From Candidatus Zixiibacteriota bacterium (GTDB lineage Bacteria > Zixibacteria > MSB-5A5 > GN15 > JAAZOE01), in contig JBDREQ010000025.1 in assembly GCA_043819555.1 (NCBI GenBank), positions 92,503 through 156,502 on the forward strand: a stretch of 64,000 nt of DNA, in the 5' to 3' direction. Positions 53,118-60,742 of the stretch are shown here, one piece after another. Made by a program: the position numbers and the translations under genes. A model generated the notes under the pieces. It was not told where the DNA came from. It made no database searches and worked only from the letters and a program-made list of their open reading frames with translations. Each line of letters begins with the position of its first letter. The stretch's first letter is position 1.

Positions 53118-53717
53118 ATGGAGGGTCAGATGAATATAAAACGAATTCTCATCATCACGGCGGTTATGCTGCTGCTGCCATTTACGCTTAAAATTTATGG
53201 CGGCGATTTTGGGCAGGCCGCTTCACTGTTTTCGGATATCAAGGCAAATAAGGTTGGTGATATTCTTACAGTCAATGTCTATGAAAATACGCAGGCGACC
53301 AATAAATCGGAAAGTAAAACCGAAAAAACCGGAACGTTCGAGACATCCGGGGGACCCGGTACGGGTATCCTTGATTTTATCCCGCTTTTTGGCGCCAAAG
53401 GTGAAAACAAGAATAGCTTTGACGGCAAAGGTGAAAATCTCCGGAATCGAAATTTAAGAGCTAAAATGTCAGTGACCGTAATGGCCGCCAAAGAAAATGG
53501 CGATCTGGTCATCGAAGGCACGCGTACCATTGGAATTTCCAATGACCGAGAGACATTGACTCTCAGCGGCGTTGTACGCCAGCGCGATATAAACCCTGAT
53601 AACAGCATTGAATCGTATTTGATTGCCGATGCGCAAATAACGTATCGCGGTAAGGGGGCAATTACCGATGCCAGCCGCCCGGGACCGATCATGCGCTTTC
53701 TTAACTGGCTGTTTTAG
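53118..53717 (+). CDS. flgH: Flagellar L-ring protein FlgH
   Basis: ..SLFSDIKANKVGDILTVNVYENTQATNKSE..LVIEGTRTIGISNDRETLTLSGVVRQRDI... The start may be ATG 53130. There is no Cys lipobox in the signal region. Confidence 0.85.
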   Translation: MEGQMNIKRILIITAVMLLLPFTLKIYGGDFGQAASLFSDIKANKVGDILTVNVYENTQATNKSESKTEKTGTFETSGGPGTGILDFIPLFGAKGENKNSFDGKGENLRNRNLRAKMSVTVMAAKENGDLVIEGTRTIGISNDRETLTLSGVVRQRDINPDNSIESYLIADAQITYRGKGAITDASRPGPIMRFLNWLF

Positions 53718-53725
53718 GAGGAATC

Positions 53726-54835
53726 ATGGAATTACTTAAAAAAATTCTTATGTTCATCATTCTCCTGAGCATGGTGGGCGTTTCGGTTATGGGTTCATCG
53801 GTGCGAATCAAAGATATTTCCCGCTTCCAGAGCGACGCTGAAATGGACCTTATTGGATACGGTCTTATTATCGGTCTTGACGGCAGCGGTGATGGCAAAG
53901 GCACTCAATTTACTATTCAGGCCCTGGTCAATATGATGGAGAGAATGGGATTGACTGTTGATGCCAATCAAGTAAAAGTCAAAAATGTTGCAGCCGTCAT
54001 GGTAACAGCCAAAATCACTTCGGCCTCCAAGCCGGGTTCGCGCATAGATGTCACCGTATCTTCGGTTGGTGACGCTACATCATTACAGGGCGGAACTCTC
54101 CTGATGACGCCGCTTTCGTCATTGGATGGAACCGTCTATGCGGTGGCTCAGGGCGCTGTGTCAATTGGCGGGTTTAATGTTCAACTGGAAGATGGTAACA
54201 AAATTGTCAATAATTATACTCTGGTCGGACGGGTTCCCAATGGAGCTTTAGTCGATCGCCAGCCGCCTGAAACCGGGAATAATAAAGATCTGTTTCTGTC
54301 GCTGATCAATCCCGATTACACAACGTCTTCGCGGATAGTCGATGAGATAAATAAAGAATATGGCCTTTGCGCCTATGCCGTCGATGAAGGAAGCGTAAGA
54401 GTACGCGTCCCCGATTCGCTGGCGCATCCCAATGATAAAATTGATTTTATTTCTCGCATTGGCCGTTTGCGGGTTTCTCCCGATGTGGTTGCCAAAATTG
54501 TCATAAATGAAAAAACTGGCACGATTGTGGCAGGACAAAACGTGTCAATAGCTCCTGTGGCGATGGCTCACGGAAACATAACGATTAACATTCGGACAAT
54601 GCCGGTCATATCCCAACCGGAGCCTTTTTCGGAAGGTGAGACGGTGGTTACATCTGAATCGCGTTTGTCGGTCGAAGAAGAATTGGCGCGCGTCATTCAG
54701 CTTCCTGAGATTGTCACAATTTCACAGGTTGCCAGCGCTCTCAATAGTATTGGAGCGACGCCCAGGGATATAATTGCCATCTTTCAGGCTTTGAAGGAAA
54801 CCGGAGCTTTAAGAGCCGAGCTGGTATTGATGTAA
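53726..54835 (+). CDS. flgI: Flagellar P-ring protein FlgI
   Basis: ..VRIKDISRFQSDAEMDLIGYGLIIGLDGSGD..SLQGGTLLMTPL.. and C-terminal ..IIAIFQALKETGALRAELVLM. Confidence 0.9.
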   Translation: MELLKKILMFIILLSMVGVSVMGSSVRIKDISRFQSDAEMDLIGYGLIIGLDGSGDGKGTQFTIQALVNMMERMGLTVDANQVKVKNVAAVMVTAKITSASKPGSRIDVTVSSVGDATSLQGGTLLMTPLSSLDGTVYAVAQGAVSIGGFNVQLEDGNKIVNNYTLVGRVPNGALVDRQPPETGNNKDLFLSLINPDYTTSSRIVDEINKEYGLCAYAVDEGSVRVRVPDSLAHPNDKIDFISRIGRLRVSPDVVAKIVINEKTGTIVAGQNVSIAPVAMAHGNITINIRTMPVISQPEPFSEGETVVTSESRLSVEEELARVIQLPEIVTISQVASALNSIGATPRDIIAIFQALKETGALRAELVLM

Positions 54836-55729
54836 ATGAAAATTAATCCTTCACAGGCCGAGTTTGGAACGATTATAAAGCAATCGTTTGGCAAAATCTC
54901 TGGTGATGAATCCCTGGAGATGAAAAAGCATCGACTCCGCAAGGCGACCAAAGAATTTGAGTCGTATTTTGTTTTACATATGCTCAAGGCAATGCGTAAG
55001 ACGATTCCTGAATCGGAATTGACGTCGGGCGGGCTCGGCCAGGGTATTTACACGGAAATGTTTGATGAACAGTTGGCCCGGAAGGTTTCGGGAACTTCGG
55101 CTAATAGTCTGGCCGATATGCTTTATAAATCGCTGGTGACCCAGCTTGAAGCGGGCGAAAATTCTGATAATGCCATAGATGATAAAATCAATACAGGAAT
55201 TTCAGATTTGCCTCGCAACGTGAATACTTCAGAAAAAAACGCAAATTCACTAAAGGCAGGGGAGAGTCAGATTGAAAAGAGCGAACACTCAATATCTCCA
55301 CCTATTGTACTCAAACCGCAAATATCAAATGATCCCAGACTCTCCAAATTCGGACAGAGCATCAAGGCCGCCTCTCAAAAATACGCTTTAAGTCCTCAAC
55401 TGATTTATTCTGTGATACTGGCGGAATCGGGAGGTCAAGCGGATGCGGTTTCACACAAAGGAGCCAAAGGCCTTATGCAATTGACCGATACGACCGCAGT
55501 TGAAATGGGTGTGAGCGATAGCCTTGATCCGGCTCAGAATATCATGGGCGGAGCCAAATATCTGAGGATAATGCTCGATAATTTTGAAGGAAACCTAAAG
55601 CTGGCATTGGCCGCGTATAACGCTGGCCCCGGGATTGTTTCAAAATACAACGGTGTTCCACCATATCCTGAAACCGAAAAATATATTGAAAAAGTATTGG
55701 ATATACTCCAGTCAAATAAAAGAGGATAA
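54836..55729 (+). CDS. flgJ: FlgJ-like rod-assembly protein: N-terminal rod-binding domain fused to a C-terminal SLT lytic-transglycosylase domain
   Basis: Rod-binding motif ..KATKEFESYFVLHMLKAMRKT..GIYTEMFDEQLA... SLT motifs are ..VILAESGGQADAVSHKGAKGLMQL.. and ..AAYNAGPG... Confidence 0.8.
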   Translation: MKINPSQAEFGTIIKQSFGKISGDESLEMKKHRLRKATKEFESYFVLHMLKAMRKTIPESELTSGGLGQGIYTEMFDEQLARKVSGTSANSLADMLYKSLVTQLEAGENSDNAIDDKINTGISDLPRNVNTSEKNANSLKAGESQIEKSEHSISPPIVLKPQISNDPRLSKFGQSIKAASQKYALSPQLIYSVILAESGGQADAVSHKGAKGLMQLTDTTAVEMGVSDSLDPAQNIMGGAKYLRIMLDNFEGNLKLALAAYNAGPGIVSKYNGVPPYPETEKYIEKVLDILQSNKRG

Positions 55730-55758
55730 TTGATTAAGACTTTGAGCTAAAGAGAATT

Positions 55759-56289
55759 ATGCAAAATACCGAAAATAGATATGTGGATGGAACCATGGAA
55801 AAACTATTGGATAGACTCATCAGTGTCATCGGCAGCGAAGCGACATTGTTCGAGAAATTTCTTGAATTGCTGGAAGTGCAACAAATGATGCTGGTTGAAA
55901 ATAACACCGAAGAATTGCAATCGGTAACATCCCAATTACAAAGAATCGCGCTGGAATCCAGGAAGCTGGAAGATGAACGCGCCGAGATTGTCGAATCGAT
56001 TCGGATGCAGGGGGGCGAGAAAACGAATTTAAATGTTTCCCGAATTTGTGAAATGGCTGACCGATCCCGCTCGACACAATTGAAAACACTTCGGGAAACG
56101 GTACTGGGTTTATATTCGCAAATCGAGGAAACCCGAATGCGCAATGGCCTTCTGATAAAGCAGTCGATGGATCAAATTAGAAATACAATGGAATCAATCG
56201 GGCGAATTCCGGCCCAAAAGGACATCTATCAGGGAAAAGGAAACATCTTAAAAGAATATGCACCGATCGGTGTGGATAGGAGAATTTAG
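55759..56289 (+). CDS. flgN: FlgN-like flagellar chaperone
   Basis: Helical 176-aa protein with ..LLDRLISVIGSEATLFEKFLELLEVQQMMLVENNTEEL.., located directly upstream of flgK. Confidence 0.65.
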   Translation: MQNTENRYVDGTMEKLLDRLISVIGSEATLFEKFLELLEVQQMMLVENNTEELQSVTSQLQRIALESRKLEDERAEIVESIRMQGGEKTNLNVSRICEMADRSRSTQLKTLRETVLGLYSQIEETRMRNGLLIKQSMDQIRNTMESIGRIPAQKDIYQGKGNILKEYAPIGVDRRI

Positions 56290-56291
56290 AG

Positions 56292-57689
56292 ATGTCTGGC
56301 TTATTTCATGGATTGGAAATTGGCAAACGGGCATTACTCACGCATCAATTGTCAATGACGACGATTGGACATAACCTCGCCAATGTCAATACTCCCGGGT
56401 ACTCCCGCCAGAGGGTCTCCATTACCTCGGCGATGCCGCTGGATATGGGCAAATTTAATATTGGTTCAGGCGTCACGGTCACGACAATCAACCATGTTCG
56501 TGATTTATTCCTGACTGATCAGTACCGGCGGGAAAGCAGGTCCCTCGGCGAATGGACTTATAAAGAAAAATCATTATCACAAATAGAATCGTTTTTCGCC
56601 GAACCCGGCGATGATAGTCTGGGAAGCGCCCTTAATAATTTCTGGGATAGCTGGTCCTCTCTTGCGGCCGGTGACGCCGATTCCTCGACTCCGCGGAATC
56701 AGATTGTTGCCAGCGCAAGGACGCTTATCAATCACTTTCATGCAATGAACAGACAGGTAACTGAACTTATTTCGTCAACTGATAATGATATAGTAGACCG
56801 GGTAGGACAACTTAATCAATATGGAAAGCAAATCGCCACTCTGAACAGATTGGTATCCAGTGAAGAACTGGGAGGACAAAACGCAAATGATTTGCGCGAC
56901 CAGCGGGATTATTTAGTTGATGAGCTTTCGAAACTGGTCGATGTGACAACTCGCGAAGAGAAAAATGGGAGTTTAAATGTTTTTGTCAATGGCCTTGCAT
57001 TAGTTGAAGATGCGGATATGCACGAGCTGATGACCAGAAAAATTAGTAAAGACAATATGGCGATAAATGAAATAATCTGGAAAGATACTTCAACCGCGGC
57101 CAAGCTAAAGGGCGGAGAATTGAAAGGCCTACTTGACGTGAGAGATACGATCGCTCCCCGCTTTCGCAGTCGTCTTGATGATATGGCCCAGACCCTGGTG
57201 ACAGAACTGAATACTCTGCATCGGGCCGGAACCGATGTACACGGCGACACAGGATATAATTTCTTTAATCCGGTGTTCACGACCGCCGGGACAATCCAGC
57301 TTGATAATAACATTGCGCTTGATTCCGGACGCATTGCCGCGTCTTTAAGCGGCGAAATTGGGGATAATTCTAACGCCTTGGCCATCTACGATATCAGGAA
57401 TAATCTGGTCGGAACGTTAGGGGAAACTTCTATTACGGAATACTATAATTCTACCGTGGGAATGATTGGGATAGAGACGCGTGAGGCGAAGACCTTCAAG
57501 GGCAATTTTGAGATACTGATACAGCAGATATCCAATTCGCGGGAATCTGTTCAGGGCGTTTCGCTTGATGAAGAAATGGCGAATCTTGTGAAAATGCAGC
57601 ATTCATATAATGCGGCCGCCAGAGTTATAACGACAATGAATGATGCGCTCGGCACAGTCATTCAAGGAATGGGCGTAGTCGGGCGTTAA
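56292..57689 (+). CDS. flgK: Flagellar hook-associated protein 1 FlgK
   Basis: MSGLFHGLEIGKRALLTHQLSMTTIGHNLANVNTPGYSRQR.. and C-terminal ..GVSLDEEMANLVKMQHSYNAAARVI... Confidence 0.9.
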   Translation: MSGLFHGLEIGKRALLTHQLSMTTIGHNLANVNTPGYSRQRVSITSAMPLDMGKFNIGSGVTVTTINHVRDLFLTDQYRRESRSLGEWTYKEKSLSQIESFFAEPGDDSLGSALNNFWDSWSSLAAGDADSSTPRNQIVASARTLINHFHAMNRQVTELISSTDNDIVDRVGQLNQYGKQIATLNRLVSSEELGGQNANDLRDQRDYLVDELSKLVDVTTREEKNGSLNVFVNGLALVEDADMHELMTRKISKDNMAINEIIWKDTSTAAKLKGGELKGLLDVRDTIAPRFRSRLDDMAQTLVTELNTLHRAGTDVHGDTGYNFFNPVFTTAGTIQLDNNIALDSGRIAASLSGEIGDNSNALAIYDIRNNLVGTLGETSITEYYNSTVGMIGIETREAKTFKGNFEILIQQISNSRESVQGVSLDEEMANLVKMQHSYNAAARVITTMNDALGTVIQGMGVVGR

Positions 57690-57723
57690 TTAAATTTAGG
57701 CAAGTTTCACCAAGGAGGGTGAC

Positions 57724-58038
57724 GTGCTGATATTGACAAGGAAGTTGGGGGAGTCTATCACCATTGGCGATGATATCAAGGTGACGGTTCTTGGTATCTA
57801 TGGACGCCAGGTTAGATTAGGCATAGAAGCCCCTTTACGAGTGGTGGTGCATCGCGAGGAGATTTACGTAAAAATACAGAACGAAAATCATAAAGCGGCC
57901 AAAACCATTAAGGAGGACCTGACCAATGTGATGCGGGTTCTTAAGCATAAGTTGAAAAAAGGAGATGGCAGGCCCAAAAAGCCGCCTCAAATAAAACTTA
58001 AGCGCGACAATGATCATGGTTCAAGACCAAATGATTAA
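57724..58038 (+). CDS. csrA: Carbon storage / translational regulator CsrA with a long basic C-terminal extension (GTG start)
   Basis: [48 protein letters not shown].. followed by about 45 extra residues (..[23 protein letters not shown]..). AAGGAGGG RBS. Confidence 0.9.
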   Translation: MLILTRKLGESITIGDDIKVTVLGIYGRQVRLGIEAPLRVVVHREEIYVKIQNENHKAAKTIKEDLTNVMRVLKHKLKKGDGRPKKPPQIKLKRDNDHGSRPND

Positions 58039-58053
58039 TCTGGAGATGATGAA

Positions 58054-58224
58054 ATGTTTGGAAGTAAAAAAAAACCAAAAGAAGACTATGAAGACCCGGC
58101 CACTAAATACGGTCGGATGGTAAGGGACAAAAAAGGTCGGAAGTGCTATGAAAAAAAACCCTCGTTATTATCCCGAATATTCAGTATCGGGCATGATAGC
58201 GATTTTGTTTATCACGAAGACTAA
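58054..58224 (+). CDS. Possible small basic protein (56 aa) between csrA and flgL; below the ORF-track cutoff
   Basis: ATG 58054 with GGAG 8 nt upstream. My translation is MFGSKKKPKEDYEDPATKYGRMVRDKKGRKCYEKKPSLLSRIFSIGHDSDFVYHED. It fills the csrA-flgL gap exactly. It contains an A9 tract (58066..58074) and an A8 tract (58151..58158). Confidence 0.3.
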   Translation: MFGSKKKPKEDYEDPATKYGRMVRDKKGRKCYEKKPSLLSRIFSIGHDSDFVYHED

Positions 58225-58239
58225 ACCGATAGGTGAGCT

Positions 58240-60168
58240 ATGCGTGTAACTAACCAGATGATGATCAACCGGACGATTTTTAATTTATCCCGGAACGCGT
58301 CAAGATTTATGGATCTGCAAAGCATGCTATCCACCGGAAGACGAATAAATATCCCGTCCGATGATCCCATCGGAACGCAGAAAGATTTAAACTATCGATC
58401 AAGACTGGCAGAAATAACTCAATTCAAATCCAATGTCAGCCAGGCGTCCGGCAGACTGTCATTCTATGAAGACACGCTGAGCGATTTAAAAAGCTTATAC
58501 GAATCAGCGACACTGACCGCTACGGCTATGTCAAATGATACCTACACCGAAGTCGAACGTGAGGCGGCCGCCAATGAAGTGGATTCCATCTATCAACAGA
58601 TACTTCAGCTGGCCAATAAACAAATTGACGGGCGCTATATTTATTCCGGGCATCGCATTCGAACGGCCCCGCTGGAAGCCAGTACGAATGGGGTTATTTA
58701 TAACGGCGATACCGGGATTTTGGAAAGCGGAATAGAGGGCTCGGAGCGGTTTATCACTAACCTAAACGGACGGGAAACATTTTTTTCACCGCTTATGACT
58801 CTCGGTGAAAACGGAAATCTCAGCGTTGGTATTACTGATATCACAAATCTTGCGGATTTAAATACCGGCGCCGGAATTGATCAAATACCGGGCACTTTTG
58901 AGATTCACGATGCTAATCGCGACCTTACTTATGTTATAGATATCTCCGGTGATACCACTATTGGCGATGTAATTTCAAACATAAATACAAATATAGGAGT
59001 CGGTGGAAATCTGACACTTGATATTTCCGGTTCAGGTAATTCCCTGGTTTGGCAGCCCGAAATAGGAACAATTAATACCGTAACCGATCTGACCCCGCTT
59101 GCCAATCTTCGCGAAGGAAGCGGAATATCCAAAGCCCCGGGACTTTTTAGAATCCGAAACTCTTCTTCCACTATAGATTTTACTGTAGATGTTTCAGGCG
59201 CGACAAATCTTGGCGAAGTCCGAAATGCAATAACCTCAGCCCTTACCGATGCGGGGATTTCAAATGTGTCGGTAGGTTTTAATGCCAATGGAACCGGACT
59301 AGCCATTACCGATTCCAATGCCGTTCCTCTTGATTTGATTATTGAGGATATGGACGCGGAACAATCGACGGCTTCCGAACTTGGTATAGCTGGCAATGTT
59401 GGGGCCGGTCTCGAGGGCGCTGATTTGCGTCCCAAACCTGTATTTACAATACGAGACATCGGCAGTCAGACGACTGCGGCAAACTTGGGATTATTGGGAA
59501 GTATCCGCCAAAACACTGTCGGTCAGGAAATTCGCCCCCGATTGACAGGTGATTCGACTCTTTCTTCATTAAATAATAATAATGGCTTTGGATTGGGAGA
59601 AATCCAGATTTCTCAGGGTATTAGGACGGTAGTTATCAATCTGGGTAATTCATCTTTGACCACAATCGATGACGCGATCAATGCCCTAAACTCATCCGGT
59701 CTCGATATACAGGCGTCAATTAATGATTCCGAATCCGGCATTCAAATAGTCTCAACAATTCCTGATGAAACCTTGATTATCAAAAGTGCCGATTCATCAA
59801 GAACAGCCGAAGCGCTTGGTATCGCGGGCTCTCCTGATATGCTGGGTTCTATGATTTTGCTTTCCGATGCGCTGCACAATAATAATAGAGAATTAGCGGC
59901 GTCGTTAATGGAAAACCTTGATTTGGCCATGCAGAAATTATTGAAATCCCGCGCCGATGTAGGGTCGCGCATGATGAGACTGGATGCGACCCGGAATAGA
60001 CTTGAATCATCCGAGACAACGATAACCAAAATGCTATCAGAGGTTGAGGACGCAGATATTATCAGCCTCATCAGTGATGTCGCGCGCGAAGAAAACCTGT
60101 ATCAGGCGGCATTGGTGGCCAGCTCCAAGATAATTCAGCCATCTTTGATGGATTTTTTACAATATTAG
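58240..60168 (+). CDS. flgL: Flagellar hook-associated protein 3 FlgL, expanded (642 aa) with a repeated central region
   Basis: MRVTNQMMINRTIFNLSRNASRFMDLQSMLSTGRRINIPSDDPIG.. and C-terminal ..EDADIISLISDVAREENLYQAALVASSKIIQPSLMDFL... The centre holds three related modules. Confidence 0.85.
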   Translation: MRVTNQMMINRTIFNLSRNASRFMDLQSMLSTGRRINIPSDDPIGTQKDLNYRSRLAEITQFKSNVSQASGRLSFYEDTLSDLKSLYESATLTATAMSNDTYTEVEREAAANEVDSIYQQILQLANKQIDGRYIYSGHRIRTAPLEASTNGVIYNGDTGILESGIEGSERFITNLNGRETFFSPLMTLGENGNLSVGITDITNLADLNTGAGIDQIPGTFEIHDANRDLTYVIDISGDTTIGDVISNINTNIGVGGNLTLDISGSGNSLVWQPEIGTINTVTDLTPLANLREGSGISKAPGLFRIRNSSSTIDFTVDVSGATNLGEVRNAITSALTDAGISNVSVGFNANGTGLAITDSNAVPLDLIIEDMDAEQSTASELGIAGNVGAGLEGADLRPKPVFTIRDIGSQTTAANLGLLGSIRQNTVGQEIRPRLTGDSTLSSLNNNNGFGLGEIQISQGIRTVVINLGNSSLTTIDDAINALNSSGLDIQASINDSESGIQIVSTIPDETLIIKSADSSRTAEALGIAGSPDMLGSMILLSDALHNNNRELAASLMENLDLAMQKLLKSRADVGSRMMRLDATRNRLESSETTITKMLSEVEDADIISLISDVAREENLYQAALVASSKIIQPSLMDFLQY

Positions 60169-60185
60169 GAAAATAAGGATTAGAC

Positions 60186-60662
60186 ATGAAAGTCATAACT
60201 GAAAGATTTGGCGAGCTTGAAATAAGCGAAGATTTGATTATAACCATGACAAAACCGCTCCTGGGTTTTGAGCATTTGCGGGAATATGTCATTGTTGAAA
60301 CCGATGATTTCGAGCCATTTAAGTGGTTCCAGTCTATCGAGGATCCCGGCGCGGCTTTTGTTATAATAAATCCTCTTAATTTTTTCAAAGAATATACTGT
60401 CGAAGTCAATCCCAAAGAGGTTGAAGAGTTAAATGTTGACCGGGTTGAGGATGTTCTGACTTACACGATTGTAACCATACCCCAGGATTATACAAAAATG
60501 ACCGCGAACCTGCAGGGTCCGATTTTGATAAATTCCGTAACACGGCTGGCAAAACAATTAGTCATGGTGAATTCTCATTACAATATAAAACACCGCATGT
60601 TTGAGGATTTAAGGAAAGACTATGAACCGGCAGTAGAGCAAAGGGAATTGGCGGAAGTGTAG
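60186..60662 (+). CDS. fliW: Flagellar assembly factor FliW (CsrA antagonist)
   Basis: ..FGELEISEDLIITMTKPLLGFEHLREYVIVE..FKWFQSIEDPGAAFVIINP..MTANLQGPILIN... Confidence 0.9.
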   Translation: MKVITERFGELEISEDLIITMTKPLLGFEHLREYVIVETDDFEPFKWFQSIEDPGAAFVIINPLNFFKEYTVEVNPKEVEELNVDRVEDVLTYTIVTIPQDYTKMTANLQGPILINSVTRLAKQLVMVNSHYNIKHRMFEDLRKDYEPAVEQRELAEV

Positions 60663-60742
60663 ACAAATATCAAAACCCCGAACAATTCATACTTGCCGCC
60701 ATGCGTCCATTCGAGTGAAACTTCTTTTCTTGGCAAATAAAC

